Assembly: GCA_039683615.1 (NCBI GenBank)
Contig: JBDKRA010000029.1
Location: forward strand, 53,256 to 117,255
Source: Phycisphaerae bacterium
Lineage (GTDB): Bacteria > Planctomycetota > Phycisphaerae > SM23-33
Length of the DNA stretch: 64,000 bases
Direction of reading: 5' to 3'
The position numbers were made by a program, and so were the translations under genes. Each line of letters begins with the position of its first letter. The first letter of the stretch is position 1. Positions 1-10,588 of the stretch are shown here, one piece after another. Under the pieces are notes generated by a model that saw only the letters and a list, made by a program, of their open reading frames with translations, was not told where the DNA came from and did no database searches.

Positions 1-138
1 ATCTCTTCATGGCAAACCTCTCCGGAAGTTCGGACGATGCCATTGCGCAGGCATGGTAACACGCCATGTCTGGCCCTGCCAGCAAGTGCGCAAAGGCCTT
101 TACAGCCCGCCGCAAACGGGGTATTATTCCGCTCCCTT

Positions 139-1377
139 ATGGCAATCATCGTCATGAAATTTGGCGGCACCAGCGTGGCCACGCCGGAAAAGATCCGGTC
201 GGCGGCCCAGCGCGCCATCGACGCGAAGAAGAAGGGCTACCAGGTCATCATGGTCGTCTCGGCGATGGGTCACGAGACCGACCGCCTGGAAGAACTCGCC
301 AAGGCCGTCTGCCGCGGCGACGAACCCTCCAAGCGCGAACGCGACCAGTTACTCGCCACCGGCGAGCAGGTCACCATCTCGCTGGTGGCCATGGCGCTGG
401 AGCACATGGGCACGCCGGCGATCAGCTTCACGGCCGGGCAGATCGGCATGATCACCGACGAGGCGCACACCAAGGCCCGCATTCACCGCATCGACGCCAA
501 GCGCATTCACGACCAGCTCAACGCCGGCAAGATCGTCATCATCGCCGGCTTCCAGGGCGTAACGGCCGCCGGGCACGTCACCACGCTCGGTCGCGGCGGC
601 AGCAATGTCACGCTGGTGGCGGTGGCCGCGGCGGTCAAGGCGGAAGTATGCGAGAACTACACCGACGTCGACGGCGTGTACACCGCCGACCCGCGGATCG
701 TGCCCAACGCCCGCAAGATCGAGCGGATCAGCTACGACGAAATGCTCGAGCTGTCCAGCCAGGGCTTTAACGTGCTGCACAACCGGGCCGTCGAGTTCGC
801 CAAGAAGTACGACGTGCCCATCCACGTCCGCAGCAGTCTCAACACCAACAAAGGAACGATGATCGTGGCTGAAACACAATCCATGGAACGCATCGTCGTC
901 AGCGGAGTGGCGCTGAAAGAAAACATCGCCCGCGTCTCGCTCAAGGACGTGCCGGACCGGCCCGGCAGCGCCGCCCAGATCTTCCACTCGCTGGCCGTGG
1001 GCAAGGTCGTCGTCGACGACATCATCCAGACCGAGAACGAGTCCGGCACCGCGGACATCTCCTTCACCGTCGACCTGGGCGAACTCAGCGACGCCGAAAA
1101 AGTCGTCTCCGCGCTGGCCAAGAGCCTCAAATGCCGCTACCGCGTCGAAAAGGACCTGGCCAAAGTCTCGGCCGTCGGCGTCGGCATGCGAGTGCACACC
1201 GGCGTGGCCGAACGCATGTTCGCCGCCCTGGCCAAGGCCAAGGTCAACATCGACAACATCACCACCAGCGAAATCAAGATCTCGGTCATCGTAAACCAAA
1301 AGCAAGGCCGCGACGCCCTCCGGGCCGTCCACGACGCCTTCGACCTGGGCAAGCCCGCCAGGAAGGCCAAGAAGTAA
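139..1377 (+). CDS. lysC: Aspartate kinase (aspartokinase)
   Basis: MKFGGTSVATPEKI amino-acid kinase N-terminus and C-terminal ACT-domain region. Start moved to the internal ATG at 139 (MAIIVMKFGG); the upstream 34 codons have no homology signal. Confidence 0.9.
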   Translation: MAIIVMKFGGTSVATPEKIRSAAQRAIDAKKKGYQVIMVVSAMGHETDRLEELAKAVCRGDEPSKRERDQLLATGEQVTISLVAMALEHMGTPAISFTAGQIGMITDEAHTKARIHRIDAKRIHDQLNAGKIVIIAGFQGVTAAGHVTTLGRGGSNVTLVAVAAAVKAEVCENYTDVDGVYTADPRIVPNARKIERISYDEMLELSSQGFNVLHNRAVEFAKKYDVPIHVRSSLNTNKGTMIVAETQSMERIVVSGVALKENIARVSLKDVPDRPGSAAQIFHSLAVGKVVVDDIIQTENESGTADISFTVDLGELSDAEKVVSALAKSLKCRYRVEKDLAKVSAVGVGMRVHTGVAERMFAALAKAKVNIDNITTSEIKISVIVNQKQGRDALRAVHDAFDLGKPARKAKK

Positions 1378-1390
1378 CCATCGCCAACTC

Positions 1391-1407
1391 ATGGGCGTCT
1401 CGCCCAT
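1391..1407 (+). terminator. Hairpin ATGGGCG-TCT-CGCCCAT directly after the lysC stop, followed by a T-rich stretch
   Basis: 7-bp perfect stem and 3-nt loop seen in the sequence 14 nt after the stop, followed by aatctttgatttc. Confidence 0.4.
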
Positions 1408-1427
1408 AATCTTTGATTTCACAACAG

Positions 1428-1464
1428 TCAGGGACGCGCACAACGGAGTTGTGCGTGGCACCCG
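1428..1464. repeat. Palindromic repeat element (CGCACAACGGAGTTGTGCGTGGCACCCG family), copy 1
   Basis: Near-identical 36-nt copy at 30372-30407. Contains the internal hairpin CGCACAAC-GGAG-TTGTGCG. Confidence 0.6.
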
Positions 1465-1482
1465 GTTGTGTAAACTGGCGGC

Positions 1483-2121
1483 GTGAAACGATTCCCAAAC
1501 CCGATGGTTCCCGTCTCCGTGCGATGGCGCCGGCGGCGCATCATGCGTCTCAGTGCCGCGTCGTTGATAGCCTTGGCGATTGCGGCCGCGCTGGCGGTTG
1601 CGGACCGCAGTGGATTCTTCGGCCGCGCGCCTGAGGGCGAGTTTGCCCGCTACGACGGCAAAAACTTCCGCGTGACAAAGGTCGTAGACGGCGACACGAT
1701 CGACATCGACATGCCGGATCTGAAAACTTCGCACCCGCACACGCGAATCCGGTTCTGGGGCGTGGACACGCCGGAAGTTCCCCACGGTGAAAAGCCCGGA
1801 ACCTACTTTGGTCCCGAGGCCGCCGCTTATACTCGCAAGCTCATCCAGGGGCAGTACGTGCGGCTGGAACTCGAGCCGGCCAAGAAGCCCCGCGACAAGT
1901 ACGACCGCCTGCTGGCGTGGATCTATCTGAGCGACGGGCGGCTGCTCAACCGCCTGCTGGTCGAGGAAGGCTGCGCCTACGCCGACCCGCGATTCGATCA
2001 TCATCTTAAAGGCGAGTTCGCGCGGCTGCAGAAGAAGGCCCGCACGGCCGGGCGGGGGCTTTGGAAGTCCGTCAAGCCCGAAGACCTGCCCTACTATATG
2101 CAGCAAGACAGCAATCGGTAG
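1483..2121 (+). CDS. Thermonuclease (SNase/micrococcal nuclease) family protein, membrane-anchored or secreted
   Basis: VDGDTIDI...RIRFWGVDTPE...GEKPG...DKYDRLLAWIY is the staphylococcal-nuclease fold signature. N-terminal hydrophobic segment LIALAIAAALAV. The true start may be the internal M at 1543. Confidence 0.8.
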   Translation: MKRFPNPMVPVSVRWRRRRIMRLSAASLIALAIAAALAVADRSGFFGRAPEGEFARYDGKNFRVTKVVDGDTIDIDMPDLKTSHPHTRIRFWGVDTPEVPHGEKPGTYFGPEAAAYTRKLIQGQYVRLELEPAKKPRDKYDRLLAWIYLSDGRLLNRLLVEEGCAYADPRFDHHLKGEFARLQKKARTAGRGLWKSVKPEDLPYYMQQDSNR

Positions 2122-2226
2122 CCCAAAGAGGTAGCCAGTAGCCCGTAGCCGGTAGCCAGTGGGGAAGGACGCCGATTGGCAACGCATGGTTTTCCCTGGC
2201 TACGGGCTATCGGATACCGGCTACTT
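2113..2226. repeat. Long imperfect palindromic GTAGCC-rich repeat element, copy 1
   Basis: AATCGGTAGCCC...GTAGCCAGTGG ... CCCTGGCTACGGGC arms. Related copy at 19798-19905. Its left end overlaps the last codons and stop of the nuclease gene. Confidence 0.6.
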
Positions 2227-2300
2227 CTTTGCGAGGCTTTTTGGGCTTGTTATCGGCGCGTGTTTGTGCAAAATAACCGCTCAGGAAAAGGAGTTCAGCC

Positions 2301-2933
2301 GTGGCTTTGATTTTTGGCGACAACGACCGTGTTTTGTTCCAGGGCGACAGCATCACCGACTGGGGGCGCAGCCGCACCGACGACAATAATCTCGGCGGCG
2401 GATACGCGGCCGCGTGCGCGGCGTGGATCTCGGCGGCCTATCCGGCCAAGAAGATCACGTTCCTCAACCGCGGGATCAGCGGTAATCGCGCGTGCGACCT
2501 CAAGGCCCGCTGGCAGGCGGACTGCATCGACCTCAAGCCCAACTGGGTTTCGATCCTGATCGGCATCAACGATACGTGGCGGGCGTTTGACAGCAACAGC
2601 CCCACCACGGCAGAGGCGTACGAGGTCGACTACCGCGCGATCCTGACCGACGCGCGTGCCAAGCTGAATGCCAAGTTCATCCTGTGCGAACCGTTCGTGC
2701 TTCCCTGCCCTCCCGACCGTGAGAAATGGCGGCTCGATCTCGATGCCAAGATCAATGCCGCCAGAAAGCTCGCCCGCGAGTTTGGCGCGATCTTCGTGCC
2801 CTTTGACGGCATCTTCGCTGCTGCGGCAACGCAGCGCGAACCAGCCTTCTGGGCCGGCGACGGTGTACACCCAAGCCCGGCTGGCAACGCCCTGATGACC
2901 CAGGCATGGCTGCGGGCGGTGGGAGCTCTGTAG
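2301..2933 (+). CDS. SGNH/GDSL-family hydrolase (lipase/acylhydrolase)
   Basis: N-terminal FGDSITD block (GDS(L) motif) and C-terminal DGVHP (catalytic D-x-x-H). GTG start preceded by the RBS aggaaaaggag. Confidence 0.85.
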   Translation: MALIFGDNDRVLFQGDSITDWGRSRTDDNNLGGGYAAACAAWISAAYPAKKITFLNRGISGNRACDLKARWQADCIDLKPNWVSILIGINDTWRAFDSNSPTTAEAYEVDYRAILTDARAKLNAKFILCEPFVLPCPPDREKWRLDLDAKINAARKLAREFGAIFVPFDGIFAAAATQREPAFWAGDGVHPSPAGNALMTQAWLRAVGAL

Positions 2934-2978
2934 AAAACTGCGATACCTGTGAATGGCTAAGGGCCTTTGAAATCGTGA

Positions 2979-4310
<1,332 letters not shown>

Positions 4311-4347
4311 CCCCCCAGCGCGGCGGGCGCTCAATGCGGCCGGACGC

Positions 4348-4881
4348 ATGGTCGGCTTTCTCGTGCTGACCGTGCCGGCGATGACAGTGTTCGGCTCGGC
4401 CGTACTGCTGCCGCATATCGTCAATCAACAGCACAATCAGTACCTGCTGGAGAGCAAGCAGGCCCAGGTGGCCGATTGGGAAGTGCTCGTCGCCGCCAAC
4501 GACAAGCTCATCGCGCACCTGCCCGTCGACGAGGTGCTGACCAAGCGGCTGGCCGAAAACCAGTTAGCGGTCATACCCGACGGCGAGGAAGTGATGCCGC
4601 CCGTGGGGGCGGCCAACCCGCCGGATCTGCTGCATCCCCAGCCCCACAAGCGCCCCAGCCCCCCGCCGGCGTGGCTGCTGCGCCTCAGTCGGCGATTGAG
4701 CAATCCCCCCACCCGCCGCGGCCTGGTGGTCCTGTCGCTGGGAACGATCATCACCGCGTACTTCCTGTTCTCGCCGCCGTCGGCCGCGCGGCGCAGGAAG
4801 GAAGATGGGCAATCTCCTGAAGGCTCCGCGCCGCTTGAAGAAGCTCAGGAAGAGAATCCCCAACCGGCGACAACGCCGTGA
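4348..4881 (+). CDS. Hypothetical membrane protein (Pro-rich C-terminus)
   Basis: ORF directly downstream of eno. Hydrophobic N-terminal segment FLVLTVPAMTVFGSAVLL. No recognisable family. Start chosen downstream of the eno stop. Confidence 0.35.
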   Translation: MVGFLVLTVPAMTVFGSAVLLPHIVNQQHNQYLLESKQAQVADWEVLVAANDKLIAHLPVDEVLTKRLAENQLAVIPDGEEVMPPVGAANPPDLLHPQPHKRPSPPPAWLLRLSRRLSNPPTRRGLVVLSLGTIITAYFLFSPPSAARRRKEDGQSPEGSAPLEEAQEENPQPATTP

Positions 4882-4890
4882 TTCCGTTTT

Positions 4891-4917
4891 GAGTTGTGAA
4901 CTCACCACACACAACTC
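4891..4917. terminator. Hairpin GAGTTGTG-N11-CACAACTC between convergent genes
   Basis: 8-bp stem between the + gene ending at 4881 and the sigma factor gene ending at 4936. Shares the GTTGTGAG/CACAACTC word with the hairpin at 50141-50198. Confidence 0.4.
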
Positions 4918-4935
4918 ACCACTCACCACTGCTTA

Positions 4936-6609
4936 TTACGCCATCAAGTCCGACTGCTCGGGCTGCATCAAGCCTCGCAGTTTCTTCATGGCCTGAAGTT
5001 CGATCTGGCGGACGCGCTCTTTGGAGATGCCCAACTGGCGGCCGAGCTCTTCGAGAGTCTTGCTCTTGCCCGAGGGGTCGAGGCCGTAATGGTCGATGAG
5101 GATGGCCCGCTCCTGCGGGTTGAGCCGGGTCAGAACCGCGTCGATGCTCTCGCGAAGCTCTCGCAGATTCAGTTCGTTGGGATCGTACGTGCGAAGACTG
5201 GCGGCGATATCGAGCACTTCCTCGTTGCCGGTGGCGAAGCGGTCAAGCTGGTACAACTCCTTGGGCACGCTGCGGGCGAAGTTGCGGATGATGGCCCAGG
5301 AGGCATACGTGCTGAAACGGTTGCCTCGCGTGTAGTCGAACTTCTCCACCGCTCGCATGAGCGAGACGTTGCCGTCACTGATAAGCTCGAAAAGCGTCTG
5401 GGCCTTGCCCACGTGTTTCTTGGCGATGGACACCACCAGGCGCAGGTTCGCGCGGATGATCTGGTTCTTGACGACGTTGGACTGCAACAGGAGGTCTTCG
5501 ATTTCCCGCAGCTTACGCGTGCGGACGCGATTGAGGTCGATCCCCTTGCGCTGCTTGTCGGCCTTGTACTTGAGGTAGTTGTACCGGCGGAAGAGATCCT
5601 TCTCGCCCTCGCTGGTCAGCAGGGGCACGTCGTAGAGAGCCCGCAGGTACGGGGGCAGATCGGACGGCGGCCGCGGGGCAGGCTTGGATGAGTCCCCGTC
5701 CAACGGCACTGCCGCCATGATGATTTCATCGGCGTTGGGCAGGTCGAACTGCGAGCTGTACACGTAATTGACTGACCGCTTGAGCAGTTGCTGCGCCCGC
5801 ACTTCGTTAACAACGCGATAGATCGTGCCTCGCGTGCGGTGGTGGCGCTGGGCCAGGGCGGGCACGGCCAGGCCCCGCAGATATCCGCGGTAGATGGCGA
5901 TCTTCTCCTGGTCGTTCAGCGGGGCGAAGAGATAGGGAAAGATGGGATCTTCGGGATGTTCGATGTCGTGGTTTCGCAGCGTGTAGCGGATGGTCTCCAT
6001 GGCCCGGCCGCTGCGTGCCGCCAGCCGCTTGGCCACGTCGCTGAGCGAGCAGTGCGTGAACAAGGCCATTCGCTTGGCACGGCGGAAGATGTCGCGGCGT
6101 TCCTGCTCGCTGAGCTGGGTGAATCGCACCGAGCGGCTGACCTCGCCTTCCTGGCGGCTGATGAACCGCTGCAGGGAGCTTTCGAGGAACGCAATTCGTT
6201 TGCGTCCGTCGGGGAAGATCATCCGCCGCGTGGGCAGCCCGCGAAGGCGCCATCGCTGGACGGTCTTGGTCGAGACGTTGTACCGATTGGCGACAGCCTG
6301 GGTATCGACGGCGGGTTCTTCGTATTCGCCGGTGCGCAGGTCGAAGCTGTCGCAGATCTTGATCATCATTTCCAGCAGATCGCGGCGGAGCCTGGACCCG
6401 AGCATGGGCCTCGGCGTGGACTTGTCGATGCTTCGCGGGCGATAGCCCGTCAGGCGGAAGACCACGAAGTCGTAGGGATACTCTTGGTCGTCGTCGAGGA
6501 TCATCGCCAGCGATTCGGCGGAATCGACGTACCCTTTCCGCAGGCGCGCAAGCCCCGCGGCCAGTTCCGCCGCCATTTCCTCCATCGCCTTGTACGCGTA
6601 TTTGCCCAC
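4936..6609 (-). CDS. RNA polymerase sigma-70 family factor with long N-terminal extension
   Basis: C-terminal half carries regions 2-4 (IRANLRLVVSIAKK, DLISDGNVSLMRAVEKFD, RFSTYASWAIIRNF, LEELGRQLGISKERVRQIELQAMKKLR). The ~280-aa N-terminal extension has extra HTH-like segments. GTG start with a GGAGAGGG RBS. Confidence 0.85.
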   Translation of the reverse strand: MGKYAYKAMEEMAAELAAGLARLRKGYVDSAESLAMILDDDQEYPYDFVVFRLTGYRPRSIDKSTPRPMLGSRLRRDLLEMMIKICDSFDLRTGEYEEPAVDTQAVANRYNVSTKTVQRWRLRGLPTRRMIFPDGRKRIAFLESSLQRFISRQEGEVSRSVRFTQLSEQERRDIFRRAKRMALFTHCSLSDVAKRLAARSGRAMETIRYTLRNHDIEHPEDPIFPYLFAPLNDQEKIAIYRGYLRGLAVPALAQRHHRTRGTIYRVVNEVRAQQLLKRSVNYVYSSQFDLPNADEIIMAAVPLDGDSSKPAPRPPSDLPPYLRALYDVPLLTSEGEKDLFRRYNYLKYKADKQRKGIDLNRVRTRKLREIEDLLLQSNVVKNQIIRANLRLVVSIAKKHVGKAQTLFELISDGNVSLMRAVEKFDYTRGNRFSTYASWAIIRNFARSVPKELYQLDRFATGNEEVLDIAASLRTYDPNELNLRELRESIDAVLTRLNPQERAILIDHYGLDPSGKSKTLEELGRQLGISKERVRQIELQAMKKLRGLMQPEQSDLMA

Positions 6610-6644
6610 AATTCCCTCTCCCTGCGGCGGGGCGGGGATTCTGC

Positions 6645-8408
6645 TTACGGTTGAGGCGCCGCCGGCGGGGGCGTCTGCGGCGGGGTGACCGCGGGCGCCT
6701 CGGGTGAGGCCGGAGGGGCGGCAGGCTCGGACGCCGCCGGCTGCGTCGCGGCAATGCCCGCCAGCCGGTCGCGCAGGTGCAATACCGGGCGCAAATACGG
6801 CGAGGCCTCACGGCTCTTCATCGCGTCGGCGATGATCTCGTTGGCTTTGCGCAGTTTCTCGGCGTCGTTCTTGAGACGATAGTGCCCCAGGTATGCCGCC
6901 GCCAACTCGCCCTGGTAGATCCAGCGATAGACCTTTTCATTCTCTTTGAGGCCTTGAATGGCCAGTTCGTAATCGCGGATCGTCTCTTCGTAGTTCTTCA
7001 ACGATTCGCCAGCCGTCACGTCGGGATTGCTCAGGTACGCCGCCAGTTCCTGGGCCTCTTTGGGCGCTGTGGCATTGGCAGCGGCCTTGGGCCAGACGTC
7101 GTTGATCGGGGCCTGCAACGCCAGCAGCCGGCGGGCGAAGATAGCCTGTTCGCTCTGGAGACCGGCGATGCGTGCGAGCACGTCGCCCTTTTCGGCCAGT
7201 CCCTCAGCGGTATTGGCGTCGGGGCCGACTAGCGCGTGGCCCAGTTCCGCCTGGCAGTTGCTGTATTCTTTCATCGCCTGGGCCTCATCGGCCTTGGCGC
7301 CCAGGGCCGCCGCGTTGACGGCGGCTACATCTTTGAGGATGGCGTCCTGCGACTCCTTGATGAGCTTGAGGCAGTCTTCTCGCTGCTGGCCGCGGCGGCC
7401 CATCTGTTCTTTGCGGTGTTCGAGCATGCTCTTGGCCATTTCGATCTTGCTGCGGCCGGCGTTGATTCGCACGCCGAGCATGCGGCGCTGTTCGAGCAGT
7501 TGCTGCACCTGGTTCTGGTTGGTGGAGATCTTGCCCTCGATCTGCCGGATCTGGGCTTCGTCTTTGAGCACGTCCTCGATCATGGCCAGGCTCTTGGCCC
7601 CGGTGATCAGACGGCTTTCGGCGCGATTCTGCCGCGCTTTCTGGGACAGGGTTGCGATCTGGTCGCGCAGCGCCGCCACCTCGTTGCCCAGGTAGATGAT
7701 CTGCTTCGAGGCCGCCTCGTGCTCTTTCTCGATGTCAGCCAATTCGGTCGTGGTCTGGTCGACGATCTTCTGCACGTCGTCATCGGGCAGGCTCAGCAGT
7801 TTGTCGTACTGGGCGAGGAACCCCAGTTGCGCCTGCACGACGCCCAGGGTGCGATCGACGCGGTTGGCATCGCGCTGCGCGTTCCAACGCTGGTTGAGCG
7901 CTTTCTGGTCGAAGCAGTAACCGCGCAGCGACATCACGCGAGCGGCCATGTGATGCGCCAAGGCCTTGATGTCCGCAGGGGCCAGGCTGTTATCGGCCAG
8001 GGCCGCTTGCAGGATCGTCTTGGCCTGCGTCAGCGCCGTCTCGGCTTGGGGGTTGACGGCGTTGGGCGCCCTGAGCCTGATGGTCTCACGGGTCACAACG
8101 GGGTCGCCGTCCTTGACAAAGGGTCCGACCCTTCCCGAGACGGAGTCTTCGTGGACAGGGGTGGACAACAGCCCCAGCGCACGCTGATAGAGGGCGTCGG
8201 CGTCGTCGACGGCCGCCACGATGCCGGCGCGGGCCTTATTGACCCCTTCCTCGTTGCGCGTCACGAAGTAGGTGAACCACACCGCCAGCACCACCAGGGC
8301 GATGATGCCGCCCACGGTCAGCAGGACGCTCTGACGGTCCGGAAACAGTTTGCCCGCCGGAGAGGCAGAGCCCGTACGGCGCCCGGATTCCTTGCGGGAT
8401 TCGGTCAT
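6645..8408 (-). CDS. Hypothetical single-pass membrane protein with long coiled-coil periplasmic region and Pro-rich tail
   Basis: Short basic N-terminus, TM segment VLLTVGGIIALVVLAVWFTYFV, heptad-rich Q/E/A/L region, C-terminal PAASEPAAPPASPEAPAVTPPQTPPPAAP. Ends 35 nt upstream of the sigma gene. Confidence 0.6.
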   Translation of the reverse strand: MTESRKESGRRTGSASPAGKLFPDRQSVLLTVGGIIALVVLAVWFTYFVTRNEEGVNKARAGIVAAVDDADALYQRALGLLSTPVHEDSVSGRVGPFVKDGDPVVTRETIRLRAPNAVNPQAETALTQAKTILQAALADNSLAPADIKALAHHMAARVMSLRGYCFDQKALNQRWNAQRDANRVDRTLGVVQAQLGFLAQYDKLLSLPDDDVQKIVDQTTTELADIEKEHEAASKQIIYLGNEVAALRDQIATLSQKARQNRAESRLITGAKSLAMIEDVLKDEAQIRQIEGKISTNQNQVQQLLEQRRMLGVRINAGRSKIEMAKSMLEHRKEQMGRRGQQREDCLKLIKESQDAILKDVAAVNAAALGAKADEAQAMKEYSNCQAELGHALVGPDANTAEGLAEKGDVLARIAGLQSEQAIFARRLLALQAPINDVWPKAAANATAPKEAQELAAYLSNPDVTAGESLKNYEETIRDYELAIQGLKENEKVYRWIYQGELAAAYLGHYRLKNDAEKLRKANEIIADAMKSREASPYLRPVLHLRDRLAGIAATQPAASEPAAPPASPEAPAVTPPQTPPPAAPQP

Positions 8409-8477
8409 GATGAAACCTTTCCAAAAGATACCTTGGCCTTATTCTACTACAGGGACACTTCGGCTGGCGAAGAATCC

Positions 8478-9140
8478 TCACGTTACGGAATCTTCCCCTT
8501 GCCCTGCGGCCGACAGATCGCACACGGCGCGGATCGCCAGGTCGCTGACCCGCGCCAGGTCGATAAACTGCCGGGCGTAGGCCTTGGGCCGGCCTTGCAC
8601 CGCCTGCCAGACCAGCACCGCGCCGCCCTGCGTCTCGATGCTCATCGGCGCCAGCGTGTCGCCGACGACGGCGCCCAATGCCTTGGCCATAGTCCGGTCG
8701 CCGCGGCAGAGCCAACTCTCCTGCCGCCAGTGATGCCGCTGCAGCGCCAGCGGCGCTGCGGGGACATCCTGCTCGTGCCACATCAGCGCCGCCGTCAGAG
8801 GCCGGTCCATCTCGACGACGACCACGCTGTAATGGCGGGCCAAACGGCTGATCCCGTGCCCGCACTCATAGCGAAAGTCGAACGCCCGAACGCTCCGGCC
8901 GTTGACGCGCCCATAGGTCACGTTGTGCGCGCGGGGGCTGTGGCCGCTGGCGATCAGCGCGAACCGTCCGTACAGGCCAGGCAGATCGAACGGGTCGTCG
9001 CGCGAAAACCGCATGTTCAACTGGCGGGCCTGGGCGGCCATGGCCCTGCTGCGCCGCCGCTGGCGGCGGGCCATGACCATGAACGAAACCACAGACCCCC
9101 CCAGCGCGGCCACCAGCAGCACGATCAACAAGTCCTGCAC
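8478..9140 (-). CDS. Hypothetical membrane-anchored protein
   Basis: N-terminal TM segment LLIVLLVAALGGSVVSFMVMA followed by RRQRRRSR. No family recognised. Tightly spaced in the same minus-strand unit. Confidence 0.5.
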   Translation of the reverse strand: MQDLLIVLLVAALGGSVVSFMVMARRQRRRSRAMAAQARQLNMRFSRDDPFDLPGLYGRFALIASGHSPRAHNVTYGRVNGRSVRAFDFRYECGHGISRLARHYSVVVVEMDRPLTAALMWHEQDVPAAPLALQRHHWRQESWLCRGDRTMAKALGAVVGDTLAPMSIETQGGAVLVWQAVQGRPKAYARQFIDLARVSDLAIRAVCDLSAAGQGEDSVT

Positions 9141-9171
9141 ATCGCATCTCGTTTAGGAGGCGGCGGTATTG

Positions 9172-10371
9172 TTATTCCGTCGCGGGGGCGCCTCGCAGGG
9201 CGGGGTCCGCCGGCGGAGCCGCCTTGCCGGCCGGCAGCGTCACCGTCACGCCGTACTGACCGCCCTCGGGCGGACCCTTGAGCGACGAAATCCAGTCCAG
9301 CATCTGCCTGTACGCAGCCGCCTTGACGTCCAGGTACAGCGGCGTCAACTCGCGGCCGGGGTGCACCTGCGTGGGGCGAACAGCTTCCTTGCGCTGCAGG
9401 TAAGTCAGCAGCAGCGAGTCCTCGCGCTGCTGGCGGTCGATCAGCGACCACTGACCGTGGCGGGTCGAGCTAAGGATCAGGAAGTTCGTGTAGTCGACGC
9501 GATCGTTGCGCGCCGGGGTGCCAAGCAATCTGAAATTGCCCTGCCCCCTGGGCCCGCCATGGCACTGGACGGTGGCGCACTGCGTCGCAATGCCCGCCCA
9601 GATGCGGCCTCGGAATTCCTTCAGCGGTTGCGGGTCGCCCAGGAGAAGAACGTCGTTGCGAAGCGGGTCGTTCCACTCGGTGTTCTCGACGATGTACTTG
9701 GCCTTGTCGCCGCTGGACAGGGCGTTGAAGCGGTTCTCGTCGAAGGCGGCGCCGCGGATGTCGTTGCGTCCGCGCATCGCCTTGATGAACTTTTCGAGGA
9801 CATTGTTGCGAAACCGCACCGGCAGGGAATCGCGCTTGGGGCTGAACTCGCCCATGCGGATTTTGTAGATGCCTTCCTGCGTCACCAGCCAGTTCTGGGG
9901 CACCTCCGACGGCAACCCCGCTTCAGGCGGCGCGACCGACACGCCGCCCTGGCCGCCGGCGACAGGGGCATTGAGTTTCTCGTTCACGTGCGCCAGAAGC
10001 GCCTTGGCCATCTCGATATTGGGATCGATCTCGATGGCCTTCTGATATTCGTCGCGGGCGGCGTCGAGCAGGCCTTTCTGCTGGGCCCACTGGCCAAGTT
10101 GCAGATGGGCCCGGGCATCCTTGGCGTCAATCTTGGCGGCCCGCTGGTTGTATTCGTCGATGGGATTGACCTGCTCGATGACTTTCTCGACCTGATCATT
10201 GGTGAACGTCAGCACGGCCATGCGGGTGTCGATTCGATATCCCTCGGGCGTTTTGGTGACTTCGCCCTTGAACGTGCGTCCATCCTTGAGCACCAGAACC
10301 TGGGTGGCGCCTGCCGCCATCGCCGCCAGGATTCCCACCACCGCCAATCCGGCCATCACGTGTCTTAGCAT
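9172..10371 (-). CDS. Hypothetical secreted protein with TPR-like N-terminal region
   Basis: Signal-like segment MLRHVMAGLAVVGILAAMAAGA. Helical-repeat region (AHLQLGQWAQQKGLLDAARDEYQKAIEIDPN). Track ORF extends to 10485 but would overlap the tRNA-Cys, so the start is placed at the internal M. Confidence 0.55.
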   Translation of the reverse strand: MLRHVMAGLAVVGILAAMAAGATQVLVLKDGRTFKGEVTKTPEGYRIDTRMAVLTFTNDQVEKVIEQVNPIDEYNQRAAKIDAKDARAHLQLGQWAQQKGLLDAARDEYQKAIEIDPNIEMAKALLAHVNEKLNAPVAGGQGGVSVAPPEAGLPSEVPQNWLVTQEGIYKIRMGEFSPKRDSLPVRFRNNVLEKFIKAMRGRNDIRGAAFDENRFNALSSGDKAKYIVENTEWNDPLRNDVLLLGDPQPLKEFRGRIWAGIATQCATVQCHGGPRGQGNFRLLGTPARNDRVDYTNFLILSSTRHGQWSLIDRQQREDSLLLTYLQRKEAVRPTQVHPGRELTPLYLDVKAAAYRQMLDWISSLKGPPEGGQYGVTVTLPAGKAAPPADPALRGAPATE

Positions 10372-10460
10372 GCCGCACCTCGTTGATGCGTCCGGGGACC
10401 GAGCCCCAAGCCCGCCCGCCGGCGCCGCAACACCGGGCCTCATCCTGAGGCCCTTGTCAC

Positions 10461-10534
10461 AGGCGGCAGTGGGATTCGAACCCACGAATAACGGATTTGC
10501 AATCCGTCGCCTTGGTCCGCTTGGCTATGCCGCC
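10461..10534 (-). tRNA. tRNA-Cys (GCA)
   Basis: Cloverleaf read by eye: acceptor GGCGGCA/TGCCGCC, T-arm GTGGGTTCGAATCCCAC, anticodon loop TTGCAAA. 74 nt. Confidence 0.85.
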
Positions 10535-10588
10535 GCTTGCGTCACTTGAGAATACTAGCCGCCGCCCTCGATATCAAGCGCGGTCCTG

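Noticed and set aside
349-2187. 612-aa minus-strand ORF spanning lysC and the nuclease gene
   Set aside because: Antisense to two well-supported genes. Its Arg/Gly/Ala/Pro-rich composition is typical of spurious reverse-frame ORFs in high-GC DNA.
7236-9281. 681-aa plus-strand ORF
   Set aside because: Antisense to the coiled-coil membrane protein and the neighbouring gene. Low-complexity R/G/A/L-rich translation with no motifs.
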